A DNA stretch of 64,000 nt from Opitutaceae bacterium (GTDB lineage Bacteria; Verrucomicrobiota; Verrucomicrobiia; Opitutales; Coraliomargaritaceae): contig JBPOFY010000010.1 of NCBI GenBank assembly GCA_051252375.1, forward strand, positions 1-64,000, read 5' to 3'. Under the pieces are notes generated by a model. It did not search any database and was not told the DNA's origin. It worked only from the letters and a program-made list of their open reading frames with translations. Made by a program: the position numbers and the translations under genes. Shown here in pieces: positions 55,613 through 64,000 of this stretch. Position 1 is the first letter of the stretch. Each line of letters starts with the position of its first letter.

Positions 55613-55681
55613 GTAGGGTTCGATATCCTTATCGAACCGCGGCTTCACGGTGCTCGGCGCGTTAAGGATAACACGCCCTAC
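55613..55681. repeat. GTAG-type REP-like doublet with ATCCTT loop
   Basis: GTAGGGTTCGATATCCTTATCGAACC and GGCGCGTTAAGGATAACACGCCCTAC. Confidence 0.75.
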
Positions 55682-55715
55682 CATCTCGAATACGTCAATA
55701 TGGTTGCAGGTTCCT

Positions 55716-58700
55716 CTAAGATAAAATCACTTGCAGACGCTGACCACGGTTGATCGTAACGTCCGTATTGAACTTCAATGTATAAGCGTTTGCATCAGAG
55801 ATGAAATCTGCGCTGACAGGCTTTCCATCCAATTCGACCTTCGCACCGGAAACTAAAACACCGCTCACTTTATCAAGCGATAGTTCCTTAAGCTGCAGTC
55901 GTCCGTAGCCCAACTGGATGCCAGCAACATGCTGACCGGAAGCAACCTTCTGACTGAAACGACCCCAACCTTCAGCGGTCGTAAACGCAGCACGGAAATC
56001 TTCTGGCGAGAGACGCGGACCAAAAGCCAACTTGCCCTCAGGTCCATCATAGCGGTATCCGCATGCCGCAATGTAGGCACCATAGCTAGCCATGGCACGT
56101 GAGTAGTGATCGGAGCATTCAATCTCGTTATAAGGATTTCGTTTATCTGGAGTGTAACGATCGTAGATCGCTTTACCGATAGCTAAGCCTTCTTCCAGCA
56201 TACCTTCCCAGATCATGTGCGCGGCGACCTGCCATTCGAATCCGGTCATGCACTCGTTGAGATAACCTGCGTAGCTTGGCTTACCGCTCTTCGGTTCAAT
56301 CTTTCCATTCGGAAAACTGCACATCACCAGACCGGCGTCGCCTGCGGCGGCATACCAGCGGCCATTCGTCATGGCTTTGCGGAACGCACCCACATCCGGC
56401 GTGAAATTATATTTCCAAAGCGCTTGTAGCGACTTCTTGATTTTATCTTTCGGCAAGATCGGATCTATGCCGACATTTGGCAGCCAGGAATCACCAAGTA
56501 TTTGGTCAATGTGACAGCCATTGGTGGAACCGTGCATTTGCGTTTCGTCATCAGGAGCCTTATGAATAAAGTAACCGAATTCTTCGTTCCACAATAGGTC
56601 GACCATAGCAGACGCACCCTTTTTGACGATGCCTTCATAGCGCTCAGCCACAGCAGGCTGTTTCATCTGACGAGCCATCACTGCAGAGGCTTTGAGAGAT
56701 GCATGATAAAGATTAATCAACCAATGCACCTGACCATACCACGGTTCATCCAGTGTGTTATGCTGCGCACCGGCTAACATCCCGTCTTCATCCCGATCCC
56801 ATTTTTGGATCACATGATCCATGGAGAGTTTCACTCGATCCCAAATGCTTTCGAGAAAGCTGTAGTCGGTCGTCATCTGACTTTCACGCAGCACGCGCAA
56901 AATTGTCCCGCAGTTGCCATCGATCGCATCACCAAAGCGCACAGCAAAGTGACGGTGGCGGATACTTCCATTTTTTGGATCAAAGCCGCGGTCATATTCG
57001 ACTTTGTCGCGACACTCGCGCTCGATCTCAGGGAAAATACGCGCCAGCCCTTGAGCATAGTGCCAGACGTGCGTGCAGTTACCAGGGCAACATTTTACGC
57101 CTTCGTCGAAATCATAAAAGTTATCTCCCTCTCCAACCGCTAAACGCTGACCCATTTGAGTTTGCACACAATCCAGAGTGAGGAATGTGCGTTCTAGAAA
57201 CCAGTGCGGTAGCGTGGAGTCATACCAAGTGTCGACCCAATTTTGTGTCGCGCGATGCAGCTCAGTCTCTTTCTGGGCTACTGTTGCTGCGGCAGACGCA
57301 GCGTTTGGCCAAAGCGTGGCGTAATGATTCTTGGCCAGACTACCGGCTATGCGACCGAAACGCTTGCTATAGACAACATTGGGGAAACGCCACGACAAGG
57401 TAAAGGCGACCGTTTTTGACTCGCCAGGTTTCAAGGCGAGTTTGCTTCCAAGAGAAGCATAAGCGGGTTCGTTCATCGCACGCGAATGAGACGCCCCACT
57501 TTCCGGCACATCACCCGATTGAAAAATATCCGCATGCCCTGGAACGCTTCGAGCAAGATCAACCATGGTTGGACTTTCGTCACCCAACAGTCCAAGTGCA
57601 ATCGCTCCGTAATCGGCGGCAAGCTTTAGCTTTGAAGATTCATTCGAACCACCTGGATGACTTGAAAACTCAATTTGATCGACCTCGATGTGTCCCCAAC
57701 CACCGCTAGCTTGATCGTTGATTTCGATGTGCGCCTTTTTGCCAGTAAAAGATTCCACGTCCCAGGTCGCCCATTCCATATTATCAGAGTCCTTCCCGGT
57801 CGTCGATCGCACCAGTTTGCCATCAATCCACAGGCTGACGGTGAGCTCTTCCTTATCGTTTCCACCACCCATTAAGAAATTGATGTATGGCTTGTTAATG
57901 TTAAAGGTCGGTGAAGTTAATTTACCAGTCGGCTTGTCACTTCTAGCGTAAGAATTGGCGACGCTCTTTCCGCGGACACCCGTCAACTTCTGGCCACCGC
58001 TTTTACCAGAAGGGCGATTGCCGAAAGCAGTGCCCTCGACTTTCCATCCCTTATAATTTTTGCCTTCAAAATCTGCGAATACTTCGACGTCGGCATCCGA
58101 GCGACCATCCCCAAAACTGGTAGAGCACTCAACTGACGAAATGCCCTCAAGTTGTCGATACGCGGCAAGCTTGTTGCCAGTAGCACCCTTCCTAGATTTT
58201 GCATTCGAGATATTCTCGATCCATCCCGCCACATCAACTTCTTGATCGGTCGAGCTTGAATTCGAAACCTTGTATCGCATGACGATCACAGGGTAGCTGG
58301 AATCATCACGATTGAGGGGAATAAATGGCGTGTAGGCTTGGAGCTGAACATCTACCGGACAGTTCGAATCGGAATAGTCGACCGTCGCCATTGGGTATTG
58401 ATTCGTAAAAGTGACATTAGAGAAACCTTTTGAATCAAGCGTGTAGGCTTTTCCACTCACCTGCAGCGCGAAGCCTTGGCTCATAGGAGAATGCGCAACA
58501 TCAGGCTTAAGATAGCGTGGTCCTTTACCTGTATTCTTCGCATCAAAAGCTCCATCCAAATTCCAATGCCAGAGCTGCCCATCACCACCGAGATAAACCT
58601 GCCCGGTGCAGATACCATTAATCGGCATACCGATGTATTTCAGATCTGCACCTGTAGCCGTGAGCGCCTGCCCACGCGCAAAAAGACTTTTGACCCAATC

Positions 58701-58901
58701 GGCACTCAGCTTCTTGTCGGCGGGTATAATCTTATCAAAGTCCGCGGCGGAGAATGGGCCCGCCATGACATTGATGCGACTCGCCATGAGCATCGCGGCA
58801 GTGAGACCACCTGCTCGAAGGAAATCGCGTCGGCCTAATTTTAATTGCCCATAGTCGTCAGTTGAAGTGCTGTTTGTTCTCATTTGATTATGCTCTGACA
58901 T
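55716..58901 (-). CDS. GH116-family glycoside hydrolase, Tat signal, internal CBM-like insert
   Basis: GRRDFL, GMPINGICTG, NCTHVWHY, QHNTLD, ECMTGFE, NPYNEIECSDHYSRAMAS. Confidence 0.85.
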   Translation of the reverse strand: MSEHNQMRTNSTSTDDYGQLKLGRRDFLRAGGLTAAMLMASRINVMAGPFSAADFDKIIPADKKLSADWVKSLFARGQALTATGADLKYIGMPINGICTGQVYLGGDGQLWHWNLDGAFDAKNTGKGPRYLKPDVAHSPMSQGFALQVSGKAYTLDSKGFSNVTFTNQYPMATVDYSDSNCPVDVQLQAYTPFIPLNRDDSSYPVIVMRYKVSNSSSTDQEVDVAGWIENISNAKSRKGATGNKLAAYRQLEGISSVECSTSFGDGRSDADVEVFADFEGKNYKGWKVEGTAFGNRPSGKSGGQKLTGVRGKSVANSYARSDKPTGKLTSPTFNINKPYINFLMGGGNDKEELTVSLWIDGKLVRSTTGKDSDNMEWATWDVESFTGKKAHIEINDQASGGWGHIEVDQIEFSSHPGGSNESSKLKLAADYGAIALGLLGDESPTMVDLARSVPGHADIFQSGDVPESGASHSRAMNEPAYASLGSKLALKPGESKTVAFTLSWRFPNVVYSKRFGRIAGSLAKNHYATLWPNAASAAATVAQKETELHRATQNWVDTWYDSTLPHWFLERTFLTLDCVQTQMGQRLAVGEGDNFYDFDEGVKCCPGNCTHVWHYAQGLARIFPEIERECRDKVEYDRGFDPKNGSIRHRHFAVRFGDAIDGNCGTILRVLRESQMTTDYSFLESIWDRVKLSMDHVIQKWDRDEDGMLAGAQHNTLDEPWYGQVHWLINLYHASLKASAVMARQMKQPAVAERYEGIVKKGASAMVDLLWNEEFGYFIHKAPDDETQMHGSTNGCHIDQILGDSWLPNVGIDPILPKDKIKKSLQALWKYNFTPDVGAFRKAMTNGRWYAAAGDAGLVMCSFPNGKIEPKSGKPSYAGYLNECMTGFEWQVAAHMIWEGMLEEGLAIGKAIYDRYTPDKRNPYNEIECSDHYSRAMASYGAYIAACGYRYDGPEGKLAFGPRLSPEDFRAAFTTAEGWGRFSQKVASGQHVAGIQLGYGRLQLKELSLDKVSGVLVSGAKVELDGKPVSADFISDANAYTLKFNTDVTINRGQRLQVILS

Positions 58902-58916
58902 GAAATTAGTGGTTAG

Positions 58917-60296
58917 TTAAAGCTCTCGATTCGTTAGAGGTTTCGCATCGGACTTATGCCCTGCAGGGCGACTGTTCTTTGCTAGATCGGTCTCAAATGA
59001 GGCGGCGTAAGCTTCTAGTTGTTCTGCGATTTCAGGATGTGATTTTATGACGTTGATCTTTTCCCCAATATCTTCGTCCAAATTATATAAGGCAGACTTT
59101 TTACCTAAGTGTAACTTCCATTCCCCAGAACGAACCGCATTAAGTGTGTTGGCCTTAAAGTAGAAAAATGCCTCATGCGGTGTCATGGCTCCCTCGCTGA
59201 GAACCGGCAAGATATCTTTACCGTCAATAACACGGTCAGATGGAAGCTCCGCTCCGGCAAGCTTGGCGAATGTGGGCAAGAGATCCATTGCCGTCATTAA
59301 GGTGCTGTTTGACTGCCCAGCAGGAATACCAGCGGGCCAGCGAATAACAGTCGGCACGCGCTGCCCACCTTCAAAGACAGATCCTTTGCCGCCCTTAAGG
59401 GGTTTTGCTTTCCCTAGTTTGGGTCCGTTGTCCGAGGAAAAAATCACGATGGTATTTTCATCCACTCCGTTCACTTTTAAGGCATCAAGGATTTCGCCAA
59501 CCGACCAGTCAATTTCGCTAATGGCATGGTTGTAAATCTTATCTCGGGTTTTGTAATCAACGCCCTCCTCATTTTTCAATTTCGCTTGGATCGCGTCTGA
59601 GACGTCGACCATGAAAGGCGGTGACATGTGAATTGGTCGGTGCGGAACTGGATGCGGCACATAGAGGAAGAAAGGTTCATCTTTATGACGCTCGATAAAG
59701 TCTACCGCGCGTTCAGTAATTCGCTTCGTCAAATAATCCGCATCAGGCTCCTCTTCGATCACCGTCTCCATTTCCATCAGTGGCAGCGGAGGGAATTTAT
59801 ACTTCTTATCGTTTCCATGGAATGGATGGATGTCGTGACTGTATGGAAGCCCGAAAAACTCATCGAATCCCTGACGTGTGGGAAGAAACTCCAGCTGATC
59901 GCCCAAGTGCCATTTACCAAACATACCGGTAGCATAACCCGCTGACTTCAACACTTCAGCAATCGTTATTTCATCCGAATTCAAACCATTCTTATCACCA
60001 GCCAAGAAGACGCCTCCAGCTAAGCCGACACGTTTCGGATAACTACCTGTCATCAGTGCCGCACGTGATGGCGTGCACACATTTCCCGCAACATAAAAGC
60101 TAGTCAGCTTCGCCCCCTCCGCCGCCATCTGATCGATCCGAGGTGTCTTCACATGATCACCTCCAAAACAACCAAGATCTGCATACCCCTGATCATCAGT
60201 GAAGATGACCACAAAGTTTGGTTTAGTCGCAGCGTTGCACACAGACGTCAACAAGAGTGTCAGCAACAGGGCTTTGATTCTACAAACGATTTTCAT
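58917..60296 (-). CDS. Formylglycine-dependent sulfatase (S1)
   Basis: DDQGY, CTPSRAALMTG, GKWHLG, SDNG. Confidence 0.95.
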   Translation of the reverse strand: MKIVCRIKALLLTLLLTSVCNAATKPNFVVIFTDDQGYADLGCFGGDHVKTPRIDQMAAEGAKLTSFYVAGNVCTPSRAALMTGSYPKRVGLAGGVFLAGDKNGLNSDEITIAEVLKSAGYATGMFGKWHLGDQLEFLPTRQGFDEFFGLPYSHDIHPFHGNDKKYKFPPLPLMEMETVIEEEPDADYLTKRITERAVDFIERHKDEPFFLYVPHPVPHRPIHMSPPFMVDVSDAIQAKLKNEEGVDYKTRDKIYNHAISEIDWSVGEILDALKVNGVDENTIVIFSSDNGPKLGKAKPLKGGKGSVFEGGQRVPTVIRWPAGIPAGQSNSTLMTAMDLLPTFAKLAGAELPSDRVIDGKDILPVLSEGAMTPHEAFFYFKANTLNAVRSGEWKLHLGKKSALYNLDEDIGEKINVIKSHPEIAEQLEAYAASFETDLAKNSRPAGHKSDAKPLTNREL

Positions 60297-60359
60297 ATAT
60301 TAAGAATTACAGGCTGAAGAATGATTTCGAAGATGCCGAGTGTCGGACAACTTCACCTA

Positions 60360-62990
60360 CTAGGTGAGCAATATTTTTAAACGTTGTCCGCTGTTAATGG
60401 TGATACCGGAGTCAAAGGTGATTACATAACGACCACCTTCTACATTCAAAGATGCATTCACCGCTTTGTCTGCGAGTTCAACCCCGACCTTCGTCGCAGA
60501 AACTCCACTGACTTTATCGATTGAAAGTTCTTTGAGTTGTAAACGACCGTAGAGCAATTCGATGGCGGACATATGTTCCCCATTTTCAACCTTCTGACCA
60601 AAGCGCCCCCATCCTTCTGCTGCAGTAAAGGCAGCGTGGAAAGCCTCGGGGTTCAATTTCGGACCGAAGCCGAGCTTGCCCTCCGGACCGTCATAACGAT
60701 AGCCACAGGCAGCGAGGTAGGTGCCATAGCTGGCCATAGCACGTGAATAGTGGTCAGAACATTCGATCTCGTTGTAAGGGTTACGCTTATCGGCAGCGTA
60801 ACGATCATGGATCGCTTTACCGATCGCCATCGGCTCTTCGACCATGCCTTCACGAAGCATGTGCGCGGCGACTTGCCACTCGAAGCCGGTCATACACTCG
60901 TTGAGATAGCCTGCGTAATTCTTATTGCCGCTCTTCGGTTCCACCTTACCGAATGGGAAACTTGTCATCACTAATCCTGCATCCCCTGGGCCAGCATACC
61001 AGCGACCGTTCGTCATGACCTTACGGAAAGCCGCAACATCAGGTGTGAAGTTATACTTCCAAAGTGCCTGCAGTACCTTGCGAGTTTTATCCCTTGGCAA
61101 AATCGGATCGAGACCGACTTCGTAGAGCCAACTATCACCGAGCACTTGGTCAATATGACAGCCGTTGGTGGAGCCGTGCATTTGAGTTTCATCGGTAGGT
61201 GGTATGTGGATGTAGTAACCGAAGTCTTCGTTCCAAAGTTCTTTCACCATCTTGGGTGCCCCCTTCGCGATGATTTCCTCGTAGCGTTCGGCGACTGCGG
61301 GCTGTTTCATCTGACGCGCCATAACTGCCGATGCTTTGAGAGCCGCGTGATAGACGTTGATCAACCAGTGGACTTTGCCATGCCATGGCTCGTCGAGTGT
61401 GTTGTGCTGTGCACCAGATAGAATACCATCTTCGTCCGCATCCCATTCCTTGATGACATAGTCCATCGAAAGTTTCACGCGATCCCATATGCTGGCAAGG
61501 AAGCTGTAGTCCGTCGTCATCTGGCTCTCGCGTAGCACACGAATGATGGTGCCACAAGTGCCGTCGAGCGCATCGTCGCGGCCGTTTTTACCATCCTGCA
61601 TGGTATAACGGAAGTAAACCATACCATTCTTATCATCAAAGCCATGACCATACTCGATTCGATCGCGGCATTCGCGCTCGATCTCAGGGAAAATACGCGC
61701 CAAGCCTTGGGCGTAGTTCCAGACGTGGGTGCAATTCCCCGGGCAACAACGAACGCCCTCCTCCATATTATAAATATCTTCTTTTGCTCCCTGAGGAATG
61801 ATACGCTGCACAGTCTGCGTTTGCATGCAGTCGATTGGAATGAAGGCGCGCTCCAAGAACCAATACGGCAAACTAGAGTCATACCAAGTATCGACCCACT
61901 GCTTGGTCGTGCCGTAGAGCTCAGCCTCGCGACTCGCCACCTGAGCACTCGCTTCGGCAGCACTCGGCCATTGTGTCGCATAGTGGTAACGACCGGGAGA
62001 AGTTTTGCTGCCAAAACCAGTTCCATATTTAACGACAGGTAAGCGCCAAGAAACGGCAAAAGATACTGTCTGCGATTCGCCTGGCTTCAGAGTCAGATTA
62101 CGACCGATTGAAGCAGCACTCGTCTTTCCTTTAGTCGCTTTGTTGCCGGAATTGAATACACCTTCAACACCCGGCGTGGTCTTGTTTACGTCAACGAAAT
62201 CAGGCGACTCAGAGCCGAAGATCCCAAGTGCTAAGCCACTGCCATCTTTACCTGCGCCAGAACACTCAACGGTCGCGATATCTTTGAGATGGCGATAGAC
62301 GCTTACTTTACCGCCTTTACCGACCCACATATTATCAATCCAACCAGCGATGGCGACCTCCTGAGTCTTCGCCGAGCTGTTCGTCACAGTGTAGCGCATA
62401 ACAACCACGGGGTAGCTCGACTCATCTCGGTTCAACGGAATGAATGGTGTGTAAGCTTCAAGCTGCACATCTACAGGGCAGTTCGCATCCGCAAAGTCCA
62501 CCAGCGCCATGGGATACTGGTTGGTGAAAGTAACATCATCAAAACCCTGCGAATTCAATAAATGGGTTTTACCATTTACTTGCAAAGCGAAGCCCTGTCC
62601 CGCCGGAGCATTTGCAGCATCCGGTTTCATATAGCGATGGCCTTTCGGGTTGTTCAATTTGTCCTTCTTCGCAGTCAAATTCCAATACCAAAGCTCCCCA
62701 TCGCCACTCAGATAGACTTGTCCAGTGCCAACACCATTAATAGGCATACCAATAAAATCCTTCGCACCGGCCTTCGCAATAAGCGGCTTACCACGGGCAT
62801 AGAGGCTCTTAATCCAATCCGCACTCAACTTCTTGTCGGCTGGTATGATCTTGTCAAAATCCGCAGCGCTGAATGGTCCTGCCATTACATTAATACGGCT
62901 GGCCATCAGCATCGCTGCAGTTAGGCCAGAGGCTTTGAGGAAATCACGGCGCCCCGTCAGGGCATTTCTTTGAGATTCAGAGTTATTCAT
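60360..62990 (-). CDS. GH116-family glycoside hydrolase, Tat signal
   Basis: Paralog of 55716-58901 with the same motifs; start MNNSES. Confidence 0.85.
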   Translation of the reverse strand: MNNSESQRNALTGRRDFLKASGLTAAMLMASRINVMAGPFSAADFDKIIPADKKLSADWIKSLYARGKPLIAKAGAKDFIGMPINGVGTGQVYLSGDGELWYWNLTAKKDKLNNPKGHRYMKPDAANAPAGQGFALQVNGKTHLLNSQGFDDVTFTNQYPMALVDFADANCPVDVQLEAYTPFIPLNRDESSYPVVVMRYTVTNSSAKTQEVAIAGWIDNMWVGKGGKVSVYRHLKDIATVECSGAGKDGSGLALGIFGSESPDFVDVNKTTPGVEGVFNSGNKATKGKTSAASIGRNLTLKPGESQTVSFAVSWRLPVVKYGTGFGSKTSPGRYHYATQWPSAAEASAQVASREAELYGTTKQWVDTWYDSSLPYWFLERAFIPIDCMQTQTVQRIIPQGAKEDIYNMEEGVRCCPGNCTHVWNYAQGLARIFPEIERECRDRIEYGHGFDDKNGMVYFRYTMQDGKNGRDDALDGTCGTIIRVLRESQMTTDYSFLASIWDRVKLSMDYVIKEWDADEDGILSGAQHNTLDEPWHGKVHWLINVYHAALKASAVMARQMKQPAVAERYEEIIAKGAPKMVKELWNEDFGYYIHIPPTDETQMHGSTNGCHIDQVLGDSWLYEVGLDPILPRDKTRKVLQALWKYNFTPDVAAFRKVMTNGRWYAGPGDAGLVMTSFPFGKVEPKSGNKNYAGYLNECMTGFEWQVAAHMLREGMVEEPMAIGKAIHDRYAADKRNPYNEIECSDHYSRAMASYGTYLAACGYRYDGPEGKLGFGPKLNPEAFHAAFTAAEGWGRFGQKVENGEHMSAIELLYGRLQLKELSIDKVSGVSATKVGVELADKAVNASLNVEGGRYVITFDSGITINSGQRLKILLT

Positions 62991-63250
62991 AAAGTAATTT
63001 TGTAGGTAAAATAGCTTAATCAACAGATTGCCTCCGCTTCATGCGGGATGTCTCGCGACAGGCAATACGATTAATACATGGGTAAACAGTCGTTCATTCT
63101 AATTCGAAGGAACGGCATTATAACCTAATAAGAAGACAATTACTATCGCCTAAATAAGTGATAGGACGTAGTGAAAATTGTATCACCCAAGTGATCCCAT
63201 GCCCCCTTCCACCTTCCCTTCTATAGGGAGTCGTGGTCATTGAACGTCAG

Positions 63251-64000
63251 TTAAAACTCTTCGCCTTTTTCGAAAAGAAAATTGGGCAAGCCTTGGTTTA
63301 CTAGGATCTTATCGAACGCGATCTTGTAGAAAACCCTACCATCAACGAGCAACTCGACCTTTGAAGGCAAACCGTAGGCATCTTCCAGTGGATCAGTAAA
63401 GAAGAGTTCCGCGTCCTTAACGCGACGCTCGTCGACTTTAATCGAAGCACGGCGATAGTGTTCGAACCCTGTCTCTTTATCAAAATAATGATAAACCGCC
63501 GTTTCAGGAATCAAGCTGTTGTTTTTTATTACGGTGCAAGGGTGTCTATTCCATACAGCATCTGGCATGACCTCTAGCACCTGGGGCGCAACCCCATCAT
63601 CGAACAACCATGAAATACAGGGAATCGTGCTTTCGAGTAATGCGAGCGATTCGTTAAAACGCTGCAAGCGCTCACTGCTGATATCCAACAAAGGTGGCTC
63701 TGTCTGGCGAAGCCAAACGTCTTTGCCGTCTGAGCCGAACTCGATAACATGGCGCTGATAACTAATACGCTGCTTATAGAGTGACGGGCGCTTCGCGAGA
63801 AACTCTAAGTCCATCACGACTTCATTCACCTCGTAATGACCCACGGCGCGAATGCTCTGCACTTTGTTCATTTGAGACTGCTCCAGATAGCGCTCATGAA
63901 AGAGCTCTAAAGGCGATAGAGCCTGAGTGAGATCTGCATCAAGTTCGAGCGTTGCCTCTAACTGTTCGATTTTGGTTTTATTGCCTTCCACCCAATCTTT
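63251..64000 (-). CDS. Hypothetical protein, 5' end beyond window; LolA-like fold possible
   Basis: Frame is open to the window edge; ends FDKILVNQGLPNFLFE. Confidence 0.6.
   Translation of the reverse strand, partial: KDWVEGNKTKIEQLEATLELDADLTQALSPLELFHERYLEQSQMNKVQSIRAVGHYEVNEVVMDLEFLAKRPSLYKQRISYQRHVIEFGSDGKDVWLRQTEPPLLDISSERLQRFNESLALLESTIPCISWLFDDGVAPQVLEVMPDAVWNRHPCTVIKNNSLIPETAVYHYFDKETGFEHYRRASIKVDERRVKDAELFFTDPLEDAYGLPSKVELLVDGRVFYKIAFDKILVNQGLPNFLFEKGEEF

Overview
Chromosomal segment from a PVC-superphylum bacterium, most likely Verrucomicrobiota/Opitutales (inferred from PEP-CTERM, PSD1/PSCyt, DUF1501/DUF1800 and Tat-exported GH116 genes). In order: a tRNA-Leu(TAG) flanked on both sides by structured tandem repeats built from its own ends; housekeeping genes (antiporter, cysE, fabD, lepA, lepB, malQ, asd); an integrase-less integron cassette array (5 attC-like sites, a DinJ/YafQ-type TA cassette with non-canonical GAT core sites, 3 other cassettes); a NusG-paralog-led surface polysaccharide locus; divergent cysI/cysJ; an AraC-linked PSD1/DUF1501/cytochrome c/mutarotase operon; a DUF1800-DUF1501-PEP-CTERM cluster; and a GH116-sulfatase-GH116 locus. 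The most unusual signals are the tRNA-flanking units, which share a TTCCGA-hairpin-GACA scaffold plus an inverted copy of their own target site; the non-canonical attC cassette; an unlisted 55-aa Cys-rich microprotein upstream of cysE; and a putative glycan phosphoribosyltransferase lacking its phosphatase core. All functional calls come from motif recognition by eye; no database search was run.
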